This document shows positions 16,866 through 24,784 of a stretch of 31,348 nucleotides of DNA, one piece after another. Every line of letters begins with the position of its first letter. Position 1 is the first letter of the stretch. Below the pieces are notes generated by a model. It saw only the letters and a list, made by a program, of their open reading frames with translations. It was not told the origin of the DNA and made no database searches. This DNA is from an uncultured Candidatus Bathyarchaeia archaeon (GTDB lineage Archaea > Thermoproteota > Bathyarchaeia > 40CM-2-53-6 > JALHTG01). A program made the position numbers and the translations under genes. The stretch is taken from NCBI GenBank assembly GCA_964521355.1, contig CAZFRJ010000001.1:1-31348 (forward strand), written 5' to 3'.

Positions 16866-18823
16866 TTTGCAGTCGCGTGTTCAATCTGGGTCATAACTTG
16901 CTCATCGGTGAAATGATTCATCCTGATGGCGCCTGCTGGACAGGCAGAAGCGCACGCTCCACATCCCTTGCAGAGCGCTTCGTTGATTCTTGCCCTCTTG
17001 TCTTCAATTGAGATCGCTTGGTAGGGGCATAGAAGAACGCAGATCCCGCAGCCCCCGCATATGGAGTCGTCGACCGTGGCGTAGTAGGGCTCGACTACGT
17101 ACACTCCTGGCGCCATAAGCGACGCGGCTCCTGATGCGGCAGCTTTTGCTTGTGCAACTGCGTCAGGAATGTCCTTCGGGCCAGCCGCAGTTCCTGCGAT
17201 GAGTACGCCCTCGACTACCGTGTCGACTGGTCTCAGTTTCGGGTGGGCTTCTAGGAAGAATCCGTCAGGCCCGGTCGGTATCTTGAGGACTCTTCGGATC
17301 TCCTTTGTGTCTACGCTTGGAATGATCCCGACTGACAGAACGACGAGATCCGCTTCTATCTCTAATGGGTTTCCTGAAAGGGTGTCCTCTGCCCTTACGA
17401 CGAGGTTTTGAGTTTTTGGCTCTTCGAGTATTTCAGCTACTCTTCCCCTTGTAAACAGGACTCCGTAATCCTTTGCGGTCCTTTCGTAGAATTCCTCGAA
17501 GCCTTTGCCGAAGGCTCGTATGTCTATGTAGAATACTCGAACATCGATCTCAGGATGTTTCTCCTTTAGCTGTCTGGCCTGCTTCACTGCGTACATGCAA
17601 CAGACTCTTGAGCAGTAGAGATTGGTTCTCTCATTTCTGGAGCCAACACATTGAGCATAGACGACTCTTCTTGGCTCTTTGAGATCTGAAGGCCTTAGCA
17701 CTTTGCCTGCTGTGGGCCCTGAGGCGTTGAGCATTCGCTCCACCTCGAGCGAAGTCACAACATTTTGGAAGACGCCGTAGTTGTATTCCTGGTCGCTCAA
17801 GGGATTGTACGGGTCGTACCCTGTGGCAACAACTATGGTGTCAACATCAAGCTCAATCTCTTTGGGTGCTTGATCGTAGTCTATTGCTTCGGGTTCGCAG
17901 ACATCTTTGCATTTTCCGCAGGCTAATGGCGTCAGACCGAGGCAGTTTACTTCGTCTAGAACATAAGACGGTGGAACCGCCTGAGGAAACGGAATATAGA
18001 TTGCCTTTCTCCAGCTTAAGTAGGCGTTGAACTCATCTGGGATTTCGACGGGGCAGATTTTCGTGCATTCATCGCATGCTGTGCATTTCTTCTCATCGAC
18101 GTACTTGGGTTTCTGCAGTACCTTGACCTTGAAGTTTCCTATGAATCCTTGAACATCCTTTACCTCGGCGTAGGTGAAGAGTTTCACATTTGGGTGGCGT
18201 GATACGGAAACCATTTTGGGAGTTAGAATGCAAGACGAGCAGTCCATTGTCGGAAAAGTCTTGTCGAGTTGTGCCATTCTTCCTCCTATTGTAGGAGATT
18301 TCTCGACTAGGTAGACCGTGAAGCCTGAGTTTGCCAAATCAAGTGCTGCCGATATGCCTGATATTCCTCCACCTATGACCAAGGCGTTCCTTCCGACTTT
18401 GACCTCTTTCGGTTTAAGTTCCTCTAGCATCGATGCTCTTGCGACCGTCATCCTCAATATGTCTTTGGCGAGCAGCAACGCTTCTTCAGGATTATTCATG
18501 TGAACCCAAGAGTCTTGCTCTCTGATGTTTGCCATCTCGAAGAAGTAGGGTGACAGGCCTTCGTCTTGAAGGACTTTGCGGAACGTTGGCTCGTGTAAGG
18601 TGGGCGTGCAGGCCGCCACTATAACTCGATTGAGCTTGCTCTCATGGATGTCCTTTCTTATCAGCTGTTGTCCTGGGTCTGAGCACATATACGTGTAGTC
18701 TTTGGTCACGACGACGTTCGGGAGGGTTTCCACATAGCTGAGGAGCTTCTTGATGTCGATTACTCCTGCTATGTTGGTTCCGCAGTGGCAGAGGTAGACG
18801 CCTATCCTAGGCTGCTCGGACAT
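16862..18823 (-). CDS. hdrA: Heterodisulfide reductase subunit A (FAD, multiple [4Fe-4S])
   Basis: RIGVYLCHCGTNIAG, ACTPTLHE, GGGISG, QLDKTFPTMDCSSC, SLEVERML, QCVGSR..YCSRVCCMYAVK, EAHPKLRPV, two C-terminal CxxCxxCxxxCP. Confidence 0.97.
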   Translation of the reverse strand: MSEQPRIGVYLCHCGTNIAGVIDIKKLLSYVETLPNVVVTKDYTYMCSDPGQQLIRKDIHESKLNRVIVAACTPTLHEPTFRKVLQDEGLSPYFFEMANIREQDSWVHMNNPEEALLLAKDILRMTVARASMLEELKPKEVKVGRNALVIGGGISGISAALDLANSGFTVYLVEKSPTIGGRMAQLDKTFPTMDCSSCILTPKMVSVSRHPNVKLFTYAEVKDVQGFIGNFKVKVLQKPKYVDEKKCTACDECTKICPVEIPDEFNAYLSWRKAIYIPFPQAVPPSYVLDEVNCLGLTPLACGKCKDVCEPEAIDYDQAPKEIELDVDTIVVATGYDPYNPLSDQEYNYGVFQNVVTSLEVERMLNASGPTAGKVLRPSDLKEPRRVVYAQCVGSRNERTNLYCSRVCCMYAVKQARQLKEKHPEIDVRVFYIDIRAFGKGFEEFYERTAKDYGVLFTRGRVAEILEEPKTQNLVVRAEDTLSGNPLEIEADLVVLSVGIIPSVDTKEIRRVLKIPTGPDGFFLEAHPKLRPVDTVVEGVLIAGTAAGPKDIPDAVAQAKAAASGAASLMAPGVYVVEPYYATVDDSICGGCGICVLLCPYQAISIEDKRARINEALCKGCGACASACPAGAIRMNHFTDEQVMTQIEHATAK

Positions 18824-19373
18824 TTTTCTCCTCCACCAGTTTCAGCATGTAGTCGTAGCCCGCGGTGAAAGCGCTAAGGTTAAGCTTGTCGGTTCCTCTT
18901 GGCACAAAGCGGACTATCGCTTTTTCCACGGCTTTGGGATCGATGACCTTTGATGCGGCTGTTACGCTTCCGATCATCACCATGTTTGCAACGATTCTCT
19001 TTCCGGTTTTCTCGGCCATTCTTACTGTAGGAACAGCGTACATCTTCGCGTTCCTTATCTCCTTGAGACTAGTGACCATGTCAGGATCGTAGATTACGAT
19101 TCCCCCAGGTTTTATGTCGCCTACGTACTTGTCGAATGCCTCTTGTGACATTACGCCAATGAGGTCGGGTTGCTCGACCTTTGGATAATCGATTTCACTG
19201 TCCGAGATGACGACTTCAGATTTGCATGCCCCGCCTCTGGCTTCGGGTCCATATGATTGAGTCTGTGTTGCTTTCTTTTCGTCGAAGATGGCCGCCGCAG
19301 TTCCAAGAACGACTCCGGCTAGCACGATTCCTTGGCCGCCGAGCCCTCCAAGCCGAATCTCATAGCGGAGCAT
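18807..19373 (-). CDS. korC: 2-oxoacid:ferredoxin oxidoreductase gamma subunit
   Basis: EIRLGGLGGQGIVLAG, QSYGPEARGGAC, ANMVMIG. Confidence 0.92.
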   Translation of the reverse strand: MLRYEIRLGGLGGQGIVLAGVVLGTAAAIFDEKKATQTQSYGPEARGGACKSEVVISDSEIDYPKVEQPDLIGVMSQEAFDKYVGDIKPGGIVIYDPDMVTSLKEIRNAKMYAVPTVRMAEKTGKRIVANMVMIGSVTAASKVIDPKAVEKAIVRFVPRGTDKLNLSAFTAGYDYMLKLVEEKNVRAA

Positions 19374-20226
19374 TCGTTACCTTTTCCTCCTGATCAAGCC
19401 TTCCTTGAATGGTGATCATCTGTTGCCTCAGCAGGTCTGTGTATTCGGGCTTGTCGACGTCGACGAATTCACCCACTACGATCTTGTCCAACCCGACTTC
19501 AGCCTTGAGAGGATCTGTGAAATGTTGAATGATGCTCTTTTCCTTGAGCCAGTTGGACTGATCCATGGCGCCAGGCATTTTGTTTCTTCTACCGTATTGT
19601 TCGGGACAAGGAGAAATTACCTCAACAAAGGTGAAGCCCTTCTTCGCCAGTGCTTTTTTGATTGACTCTCTTATTCTTCGAACATGTATTGTAGTCCATC
19701 TAGCCACATAGACAGCGCCTGAGGCCGCTGCCAAATGGACAAGGTTGAAGGGGTGTTCAATATTACCGTACGGTGTTGTTGTAGTTCTGTCTTGGAGTAT
19801 GGTCGTAGGCCCGGATTGCCCTCCAGTCATTCCATAGTTGAAGTTGTTTGAGCAAATCACGGTCATGTCTATGTTTCTTCGGGCCGCGTGAATGAAGTGG
19901 TTTCCTCCTATGGCAAAAAGGTCTCCGTCTCCGCTAATCACTACTACCTTGAGATCTGGCCTTGTGGCCTTCAACCCTACGGCGAAGGCAATCGCACGTC
20001 CGTGGGTGGTGTGGAAGCCATCTAGGTTGACGTATCCGGATATCCTGCCTATGCATCCAATCCCTGAGACCACTACGACCTTGTCGAGATTCATCTTCAA
20101 TTCGTCGAGTGCGCGCAGATATTCGCTAAGAATGACACCATCCCCGCACCCGGCACACCAAATATGGGGAATCATGCCTTTCCGCGTAAACCTCTCCAAA
20201 GGATGCGCTTCTTCAATCATCATCAA
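19360..20226 (-). CDS. korB: 2-oxoacid:ferredoxin oxidoreductase beta subunit (TPP-binding)
   Basis: PHIWCAGCGDG, SGIGC, HTTHGR, GDGDLFAIGGNHFIHAARRN, YGMTGGQ, EVISPCP; starts possible at 20226, 20223 or 20220. Confidence 0.94.
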   Translation of the reverse strand: MMMIEEAHPLERFTRKGMIPHIWCAGCGDGVILSEYLRALDELKMNLDKVVVVSGIGCIGRISGYVNLDGFHTTHGRAIAFAVGLKATRPDLKVVVISGDGDLFAIGGNHFIHAARRNIDMTVICSNNFNYGMTGGQSGPTTILQDRTTTTPYGNIEHPFNLVHLAAASGAVYVARWTTIHVRRIRESIKKALAKKGFTFVEVISPCPEQYGRRNKMPGAMDQSNWLKEKSIIQHFTDPLKAEVGLDKIVVGEFVDVDKPEYTDLLRQQMITIQGRLDQEEKVTNAPL

Positions 20227-21368
20227 TTCCTCGTAAGATGTGCGAGGAGCTCTTCAGGTGTGTGAGGGTCTTCGCCTAGTTTCGGTACGAACGCGATTCT
20301 GCGATAATCAAATCTTCGTTCGACTTCTCGAACGATCTGGCCGTAGTTCATCTCTGCGACTACGATCCTATCTACCTGACTTGTGACGCTTTCTATTTCC
20401 TTGTCCGGGAATGGCCAGATCGTTGTCAAGCCAAGGAACCCGGCCTTTATTCCTCGTTTCCTGGCACGGGTTACTGCAGCTATGGCAGATCTGGCTACGC
20501 TTCCATATGCGATTAGGCATACATTGGCGTCCTCCAAGAAAAGTTTCTTGACTTGGACTATTGCGTCTCTGTTTCTTCTTATCTTGTCGCATAGTCTCTT
20601 AACGAGTTTCGTCTGCTCTTCGACGCTGTCAGTTTGCGGATGTCCTGTCTCGTCATGTGTGAGTCCGGTCGCGTAGAATCTGTAGCCTTCTCCGAATACT
20701 GCCATCGGTGGAACAAGATCCTTGTCAGGGTGGAATGGTTTGTAAAGCTCCGGGGGTACAGTTGGCTTCTTTCTATTGACGATCTTGATTTCGTCGGAAA
20801 AGGGGATAACAAGTCTCTCTCTCATGTGACCTATCAGTTCGTCCATCATCACGAAAACGGGAATTCTATATCTCTCTGCCAAGTTGAAGGCTTGAACAGT
20901 CAGGTCAAAAGCTTCTTGGACCGAAGAAGGTGAAAGCGCTACAATCTCGTAATCTCCATGCGAACCCCATTTCGCCTGCATTATGTCCTGCTGCCCAGCT
21001 TTTGTCGGCTGACCTGTGCTGGGGCCGCCTCTCATCACGTCGACGATTACGATTGGGGTCTCGGTCATGACTGCTAGCCCTATGTTCTCCTGCATGAGGC
21101 TGAATCCTGGGCCGGATGTTGAGGTCATAGACTTGACTCCTCCATAAGATGCGCCGATTATCGCTGCGACCGAGCCAATCTCATCCTCCATTTGGAGGTA
21201 GACCCCTCCAACTTCGGGCAATCTTCTCGCCATGTGCTCCGCCACTTCGGTGGCGGGTGTGATCGGGTAACCTGCAAAGAACCTGCAGCCCGCAGCTAGC
21301 GCGCCCTCAGCGCATGCGATGTCTCCTTGGGTGAAGTGCGCTCCACTCAATAGGTCTCTTCTTAGCAT
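20223..21368 (-). CDS. korA: 2-oxoacid:ferredoxin oxidoreductase alpha subunit
   Basis: FAGYPITPATE, QMEDEIGS, TSTSGPGFSLMQE, RGGPSTGQPT, WGSHGD; ATG at 21368 with SD GGAGG. Confidence 0.95.
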   Translation of the reverse strand: MLRRDLLSGAHFTQGDIACAEGALAAGCRFFAGYPITPATEVAEHMARRLPEVGGVYLQMEDEIGSVAAIIGASYGGVKSMTSTSGPGFSLMQENIGLAVMTETPIVIVDVMRGGPSTGQPTKAGQQDIMQAKWGSHGDYEIVALSPSSVQEAFDLTVQAFNLAERYRIPVFVMMDELIGHMRERLVIPFSDEIKIVNRKKPTVPPELYKPFHPDKDLVPPMAVFGEGYRFYATGLTHDETGHPQTDSVEEQTKLVKRLCDKIRRNRDAIVQVKKLFLEDANVCLIAYGSVARSAIAAVTRARKRGIKAGFLGLTTIWPFPDKEIESVTSQVDRIVVAEMNYGQIVREVERRFDYRRIAFVPKLGEDPHTPEELLAHLTRN

Positions 21369-21634
21369 TTGCCTTCCTCCTTCTTTCGTTGGAAAATGGC
21401 GAGGTCGGGGCAGATCTCCTCGCATAGGCCGCATCCGACACATGCCTCCTCATTCACGACACGAGGCGGGTGTACGCCGTGTACGTTCAGCTTAGGATCG
21501 TAGTCAAGCACATCTTTCGGGCAGAGCTTTATGCAGAGTTCGCAGCCTTTGCATCTGTCCGGCACGGTGACAATATCGACTTCGAGTATCTTCAGCTTGT
21601 GCTGGGGAGAAAGCGGCCTTCTAGTCGTCTCCAA
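21362..21634 (-). CDS. korD: 2-oxoacid:ferredoxin oxidoreductase delta subunit (2x[4Fe-4S] ferredoxin)
   Basis: CKGCELCIKLCP and CVGCGLCEEICPDLAI; TTG at 21634 follows GGGAGGG (alternative TTG at 21667). Confidence 0.92.
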   Translation of the reverse strand: METTRRPLSPQHKLKILEVDIVTVPDRCKGCELCIKLCPKDVLDYDPKLNVHGVHPPRVVNEEACVGCGLCEEICPDLAIFQRKKEEGKC

Positions 21635-21758
21635 TGCCCTCCCGCCACTAGACACGGGATTCTTCAACGTAGGCGTGCTTTCTCACCTTTCAACCTTGTC
21701 GGAGACTATTCGGCTGCATCCGGCCCGGCTCGAAGCGATGCCAGAATTATCACATGCC

Positions 21759-21765
21759 TATAAAA
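21759..21765. promoter_or_regulatory. Putative TATA box between the divergent kor-hdr-mvh operon and moaE
   Basis: TATAAAA (plus) / TTTTATA (minus) is the only TATA-like tract in the 155-190-bp gap. Confidence 0.5.
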
Positions 21766-21822
21766 CCGTATGCTTAGAAGAGTATCTGGCAAACAACAAT
21801 TCTTGGAAGTGCGGGTTAGAGT

Positions 21823-22302
21823 TTGGAGAAGGGCGATTTGCGGGAAAGAGTAGGAATCCACAAAAAGGACGAATTCAGGTTGGAGGATCTGCTGAACCGA
21901 GTGAAGGCTCATGAACGCTTCAAAGATGTTGGAGGAATAGGCATTTTCATCGGAGTAACACGGAGTACCTCAGCCAAAGGCGAACCTGTTTCTCACCTAG
22001 AGCTAGAAGCCTACGAAGGCAGGGCCCAAGAAGCAATGGCGTCTATAGCGGATGAAATCTCTGGCCGAAGAGGGATAGTGGATGTTCTCATACACCATGT
22101 CGTGGGGAAGCTGAAACAAGGCGAACTGATAATGGCCGTGCTCGTGGCCGGAAGATCTAGAAAGGACGTTTTTCCGGCACTGATCGAAGCTGTTGAAAGA
22201 ACAAAGAGCACGGTCCCCATCTGGAAGAAAGAGTTCCTGACCACCGGAGAATCCTATTGGGTCAGCGAGAATGATCGTTCCGCCGAGTCTGAGGAAGACT
22301 GA
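21823..22302 (+). CDS. moaE: Molybdopterin synthase catalytic subunit MoaE
   Basis: GGIGIFIGVTR, LELEAYE, HHVVGKL, VLVAGRSRKDVF, KSTVPIWKKE. Confidence 0.93.
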   Translation: MEKGDLRERVGIHKKDEFRLEDLLNRVKAHERFKDVGGIGIFIGVTRSTSAKGEPVSHLELEAYEGRAQEAMASIADEISGRRGIVDVLIHHVVGKLKQGELIMAVLVAGRSRKDVFPALIEAVERTKSTVPIWKKEFLTTGESYWVSENDRSAESEED

Positions 22303-22322
22303 ATCTCTACAGTTTAGCCGCT

Positions 22323-22347
22323 AGACTACCGTGCCACCGGTCAGTCC
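22323..22347. terminator. Hairpin between convergent moaE and tlpA-like genes (possible terminator)
   Basis: AGACT-ACCG-TGCCAC-CGGT-C-AGTCC folds into a bulged stem 20 nt after the moaE stop. Confidence 0.3.
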
Positions 22348-22468
22348 TTCAATAGCTAATGGTAATCACTAACCGCGTAATGTTGCCGAAGTGAATCGAT
22401 GGCACTCGCCTCCGACCGGGGGGGCTGTTCAATAACGATTGAAAAGAAAGAGGATCGCCTTCGAGAAT

Positions 22469-23107
22469 CTAGGAGATATTCGTGTCATGCTGGCCCTGAA
22501 CTTGTGTTGGACTAGCATATGTGACGAGCCTGTGCTTTCCCTTACGTAGCAGAAGCAAGGCAGTTGCAAGTGAAAGAGTCATCACGATGGATAGTGTACC
22601 AAACTCCGGTATTATCACATCAATTCTTGACCGGAGGATCCTTTCTTCAGTCAATCCTACATATCTCTCTCGTATGTAACCCTCTTGATCGACTAGGATT
22701 AGCGTCGGAATTTCTACGACTTGGTACTTATTTGCCACGCCGGCACTATCCATCGATGGAGGAACAACTATCCAAGTCATTTCATACTCCTGCACCCATT
22801 TTCTGACAGCCAGCTCTGTGTCAAGGACGGGATCTACGTCGATTGAGATTATCACTAGCGTATTGTTCGGGTAAGCGTTTGACAGGGCTTTGAGGTGTGG
22901 TATCTCTTCTCTGCAAGGCCGACACCAAGTGGCAAAGAAATCTATCAGAACGATTCTTCCCCTAAAATCGGAAAGCGAGAAGCGTCTTCTATTCAAGTCT
23001 GTCAATGTGAAGTTCGGGGCTATCGGTTGTCCGTGCGAAGAACCGACTTCAAGAATGAGAAGAGTAGTGGCCAGTAGTAGAACGCCTGCAAGCGTCGTGC
23101 GGTGCAT
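22469..23107 (-). CDS. Secreted TlpA/ResA-like thioredoxin-fold protein with PEF(G)-CTERM-like sorting tail
   Basis: Hydrophobic signal peptide; APNFTLTDL, VLIDFFATWCRPCREEIP, IPTLILVD..G; C-terminal IPEFG + hydrophobic helix + RKGKHR. Alternative starts at 23116 and 23134. Confidence 0.88.
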   Translation of the reverse strand: MHRTTLAGVLLLATTLLILEVGSSHGQPIAPNFTLTDLNRRRFSLSDFRGRIVLIDFFATWCRPCREEIPHLKALSNAYPNNTLVIISIDVDPVLDTELAVRKWVQEYEMTWIVVPPSMDSAGVANKYQVVEIPTLILVDQEGYIRERYVGLTEERILRSRIDVIIPEFGTLSIVMTLSLATALLLLRKGKHRLVTYASPTQVQGQHDTNIS

Positions 23108-23252
23108 GAACTTCACTAGGAAGGCCTCTTTCAACCGCTATTAAGCGTTTATGCGGATCCCGCTAGGTCTGTTAGGTTTGAGCGGTTTGATTTTGAGTCC
23201 CAACAACTCTTATTAGAGAAGTTGCACTTCGAAAACTTGGAGTCAAGGGTCG

Positions 23253-23675
23253 ATGGTTGAGAAAGTTCTTGTCCCGGTTGACGGTTCAAAGGCGATGGAT
23301 CGAAACGTCAGGTTCGCCTGCGATCTCCTCAAGACCTTGGGAGGAACTATGACCTTGATTCATGTTGTCATTCTGCCCGCTTCCATGGAGCCCGGGGTAC
23401 CCATTGATCCTACGCCTCTGGAGCAGGCAGGAGCGAGGATTCTGGAGGCTGCGCAGAAAATCGCGGAGGAGGAGGGTTGCAAGGCCGAAGGAATTCTTGA
23501 GACTGATTTCGGGAATGCGGGTCACAGGATAGTTAGGATTGCTCAGGAGAAGGGATTCACTCTCATAGTGATAGGTGCGAGAGGTAAGAGCAAGATCGCC
23601 AACCTCTTGTTGGGAAGCGTCTGTGACGTGGTGGCACACAACGCACCGTGTCCCGTTCTGATTGCTCGCCCGTAG
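23253..23675 (+). CDS. Universal stress protein (UspA family)
   Basis: KVLVPVDGS, IVIGARGKSKIANLLLGSV, APCPVL. Confidence 0.95.
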   Translation: MVEKVLVPVDGSKAMDRNVRFACDLLKTLGGTMTLIHVVILPASMEPGVPIDPTPLEQAGARILEAAQKIAEEEGCKAEGILETDFGNAGHRIVRIAQEKGFTLIVIGARGKSKIANLLLGSVCDVVAHNAPCPVLIARP

Positions 23676-23773
23676 CGGCAGATCAAGAGAACTCTGCAAT
23701 TGTCGGAGTGTTCTGGTCGACAAGGAAAGCCTTATTGTTCACTCGATAAGAATTACGAGCGTGGATCAACAAG

Positions 23774-24178
23774 ATGTTTCAAAAGGGTCTAGTTCCCGTC
23801 GACGGCTCCCCGTATATGCCCGGACTCGTGGCATATGCCATAGCCTTAGCAAAGAAGACTGGATGCTCTCTAACCTTCGTATATGCTGTGAATATGCCCC
23901 CTACGGCGTCCGCCTCTGACATAGAGAAGCAGAAGGCTGCTAGCATGAAGATTCCGGAGGAGTGCAAAGAGAAGGCTGCTAATGAAGGATTGTCAGCTTC
24001 ATCGAGAATCGAGGTTGGATCTCCAGCAGAAACGATCGTCAACATGGCTGAACGTGAAAAGTTCGATTTGATAATCATTGCCTCACGAGGCTACAGTCGC
24101 TTGAGGAGGCTGATTGTTGGAAGCGTTGCAGATCAAGTGATGAAGCTGGCTCCGTGCCCTGTTCTATTGTTTAGGTGA
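23774..24178 (+). CDS. Universal stress protein (UspA family), second copy
   Basis: LVPVDGS, GSPAETI, IIIASRGYSRLRRLIVGSVA, APCPVL. Confidence 0.94.
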   Translation: MFQKGLVPVDGSPYMPGLVAYAIALAKKTGCSLTFVYAVNMPPTASASDIEKQKAASMKIPEECKEKAANEGLSASSRIEVGSPAETIVNMAEREKFDLIIIASRGYSRLRRLIVGSVADQVMKLAPCPVLLFR

Positions 24179-24380
24179 ACTGCTTCTCGCATTTCACGTA
24201 GTCTTTCTAGATGACCAATGTCTTGTGGCCGATCGTTTCGTTACGTGACGGTGGCCTCTTTCACCATCTGACAGTTGCAGGTTGACGCAGGTTTTTTCTA
24301 GTTCCACCTCACACCTTCCAAACAAAACTCTTTATTCAGAGGCTACTTGTACCTCGTTGGCGCCAAGTTTGGTGAGGAGA

Positions 24381-24764
24381 ATGATTGAGAATCTCTCAAA
24401 GGTACAATTAGAAGCGATCTTTGAGTCACTTCCGGTTGACATCACGTTCATTGATGGTGACGATACTGTGAGGTACTACAATAGGGACGGCAAAAGAATC
24501 TTTGTCCGCACCCCCGCAGTTATTGGCAGGAAAGTGCAAAACTGTCACCCACCCAAAAGCCTACCGGCAGTAAATCAGCTTCTCAATGAGTTTAGGAGTG
24601 GAAAGAGAGATGTCGCAGAGTTCTGGATTCAAATGAAAGGCCGCATGATCTTCATCAGATACTTTCCCGTCAGAGATAGTGACGGGAAATATCTGGGATG
24701 TCTAGAGGTTTCTGAGGATATCGCCGAGATGAGGAAGTTAGAGGGCGAGAAGAGGCTACTGTAA
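24381..24764 (+). CDS. Stand-alone PAS domain protein (PAS_10 type, as in DUF438/hemerythrin fusions)
   Basis: LEAIFESLPVDITFID, IFVRTPAVIGRKVQNCHPPKS, EFWI, IRYFPVRD..G.YLG.LEV; ATG at 24381 after SD GGTGAGGAG. Confidence 0.9.
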   Translation: MIENLSKVQLEAIFESLPVDITFIDGDDTVRYYNRDGKRIFVRTPAVIGRKVQNCHPPKSLPAVNQLLNEFRSGKRDVAEFWIQMKGRMIFIRYFPVRDSDGKYLGCLEVSEDIAEMRKLEGEKRLL

Positions 24765-24784
24765 AGATCGAGAGAACCTGTCTC

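Noticed and set aside
13979-18823. Possible selenocysteine recoding in HdrA/MvhD/MvhA
   Set aside because: All frames are open, with Cys at the relevant positions (DPCLAC, CNWC, GCHPPSDCHY, DCSSC); there is no in-frame TGA.
22240-22345. Minus-strand GGCACGGTAGTCTAGCGGCTA resembles the 5' half of an archaeal tRNA (Gly/His-like), possibly intron-containing
   Set aside because: There is no TTCRA T-loop, no matching 3' acceptor strand and no canonical anticodon loop. The putative 3' part is antisense to the conserved MoaE C-terminus, and the motif is explained by a local hairpin.
22350-22412. Fluoride-riboswitch-like words (ATGGTAAT / TAACCGC / TAATGTTGCC; GATGGCACTCGCC)
   Set aside because: P1 does not pair, the terminal UAC is missing, and the region is a convergent gap with no downstream fluoride-related gene. 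An Infernal crcB search would settle it.
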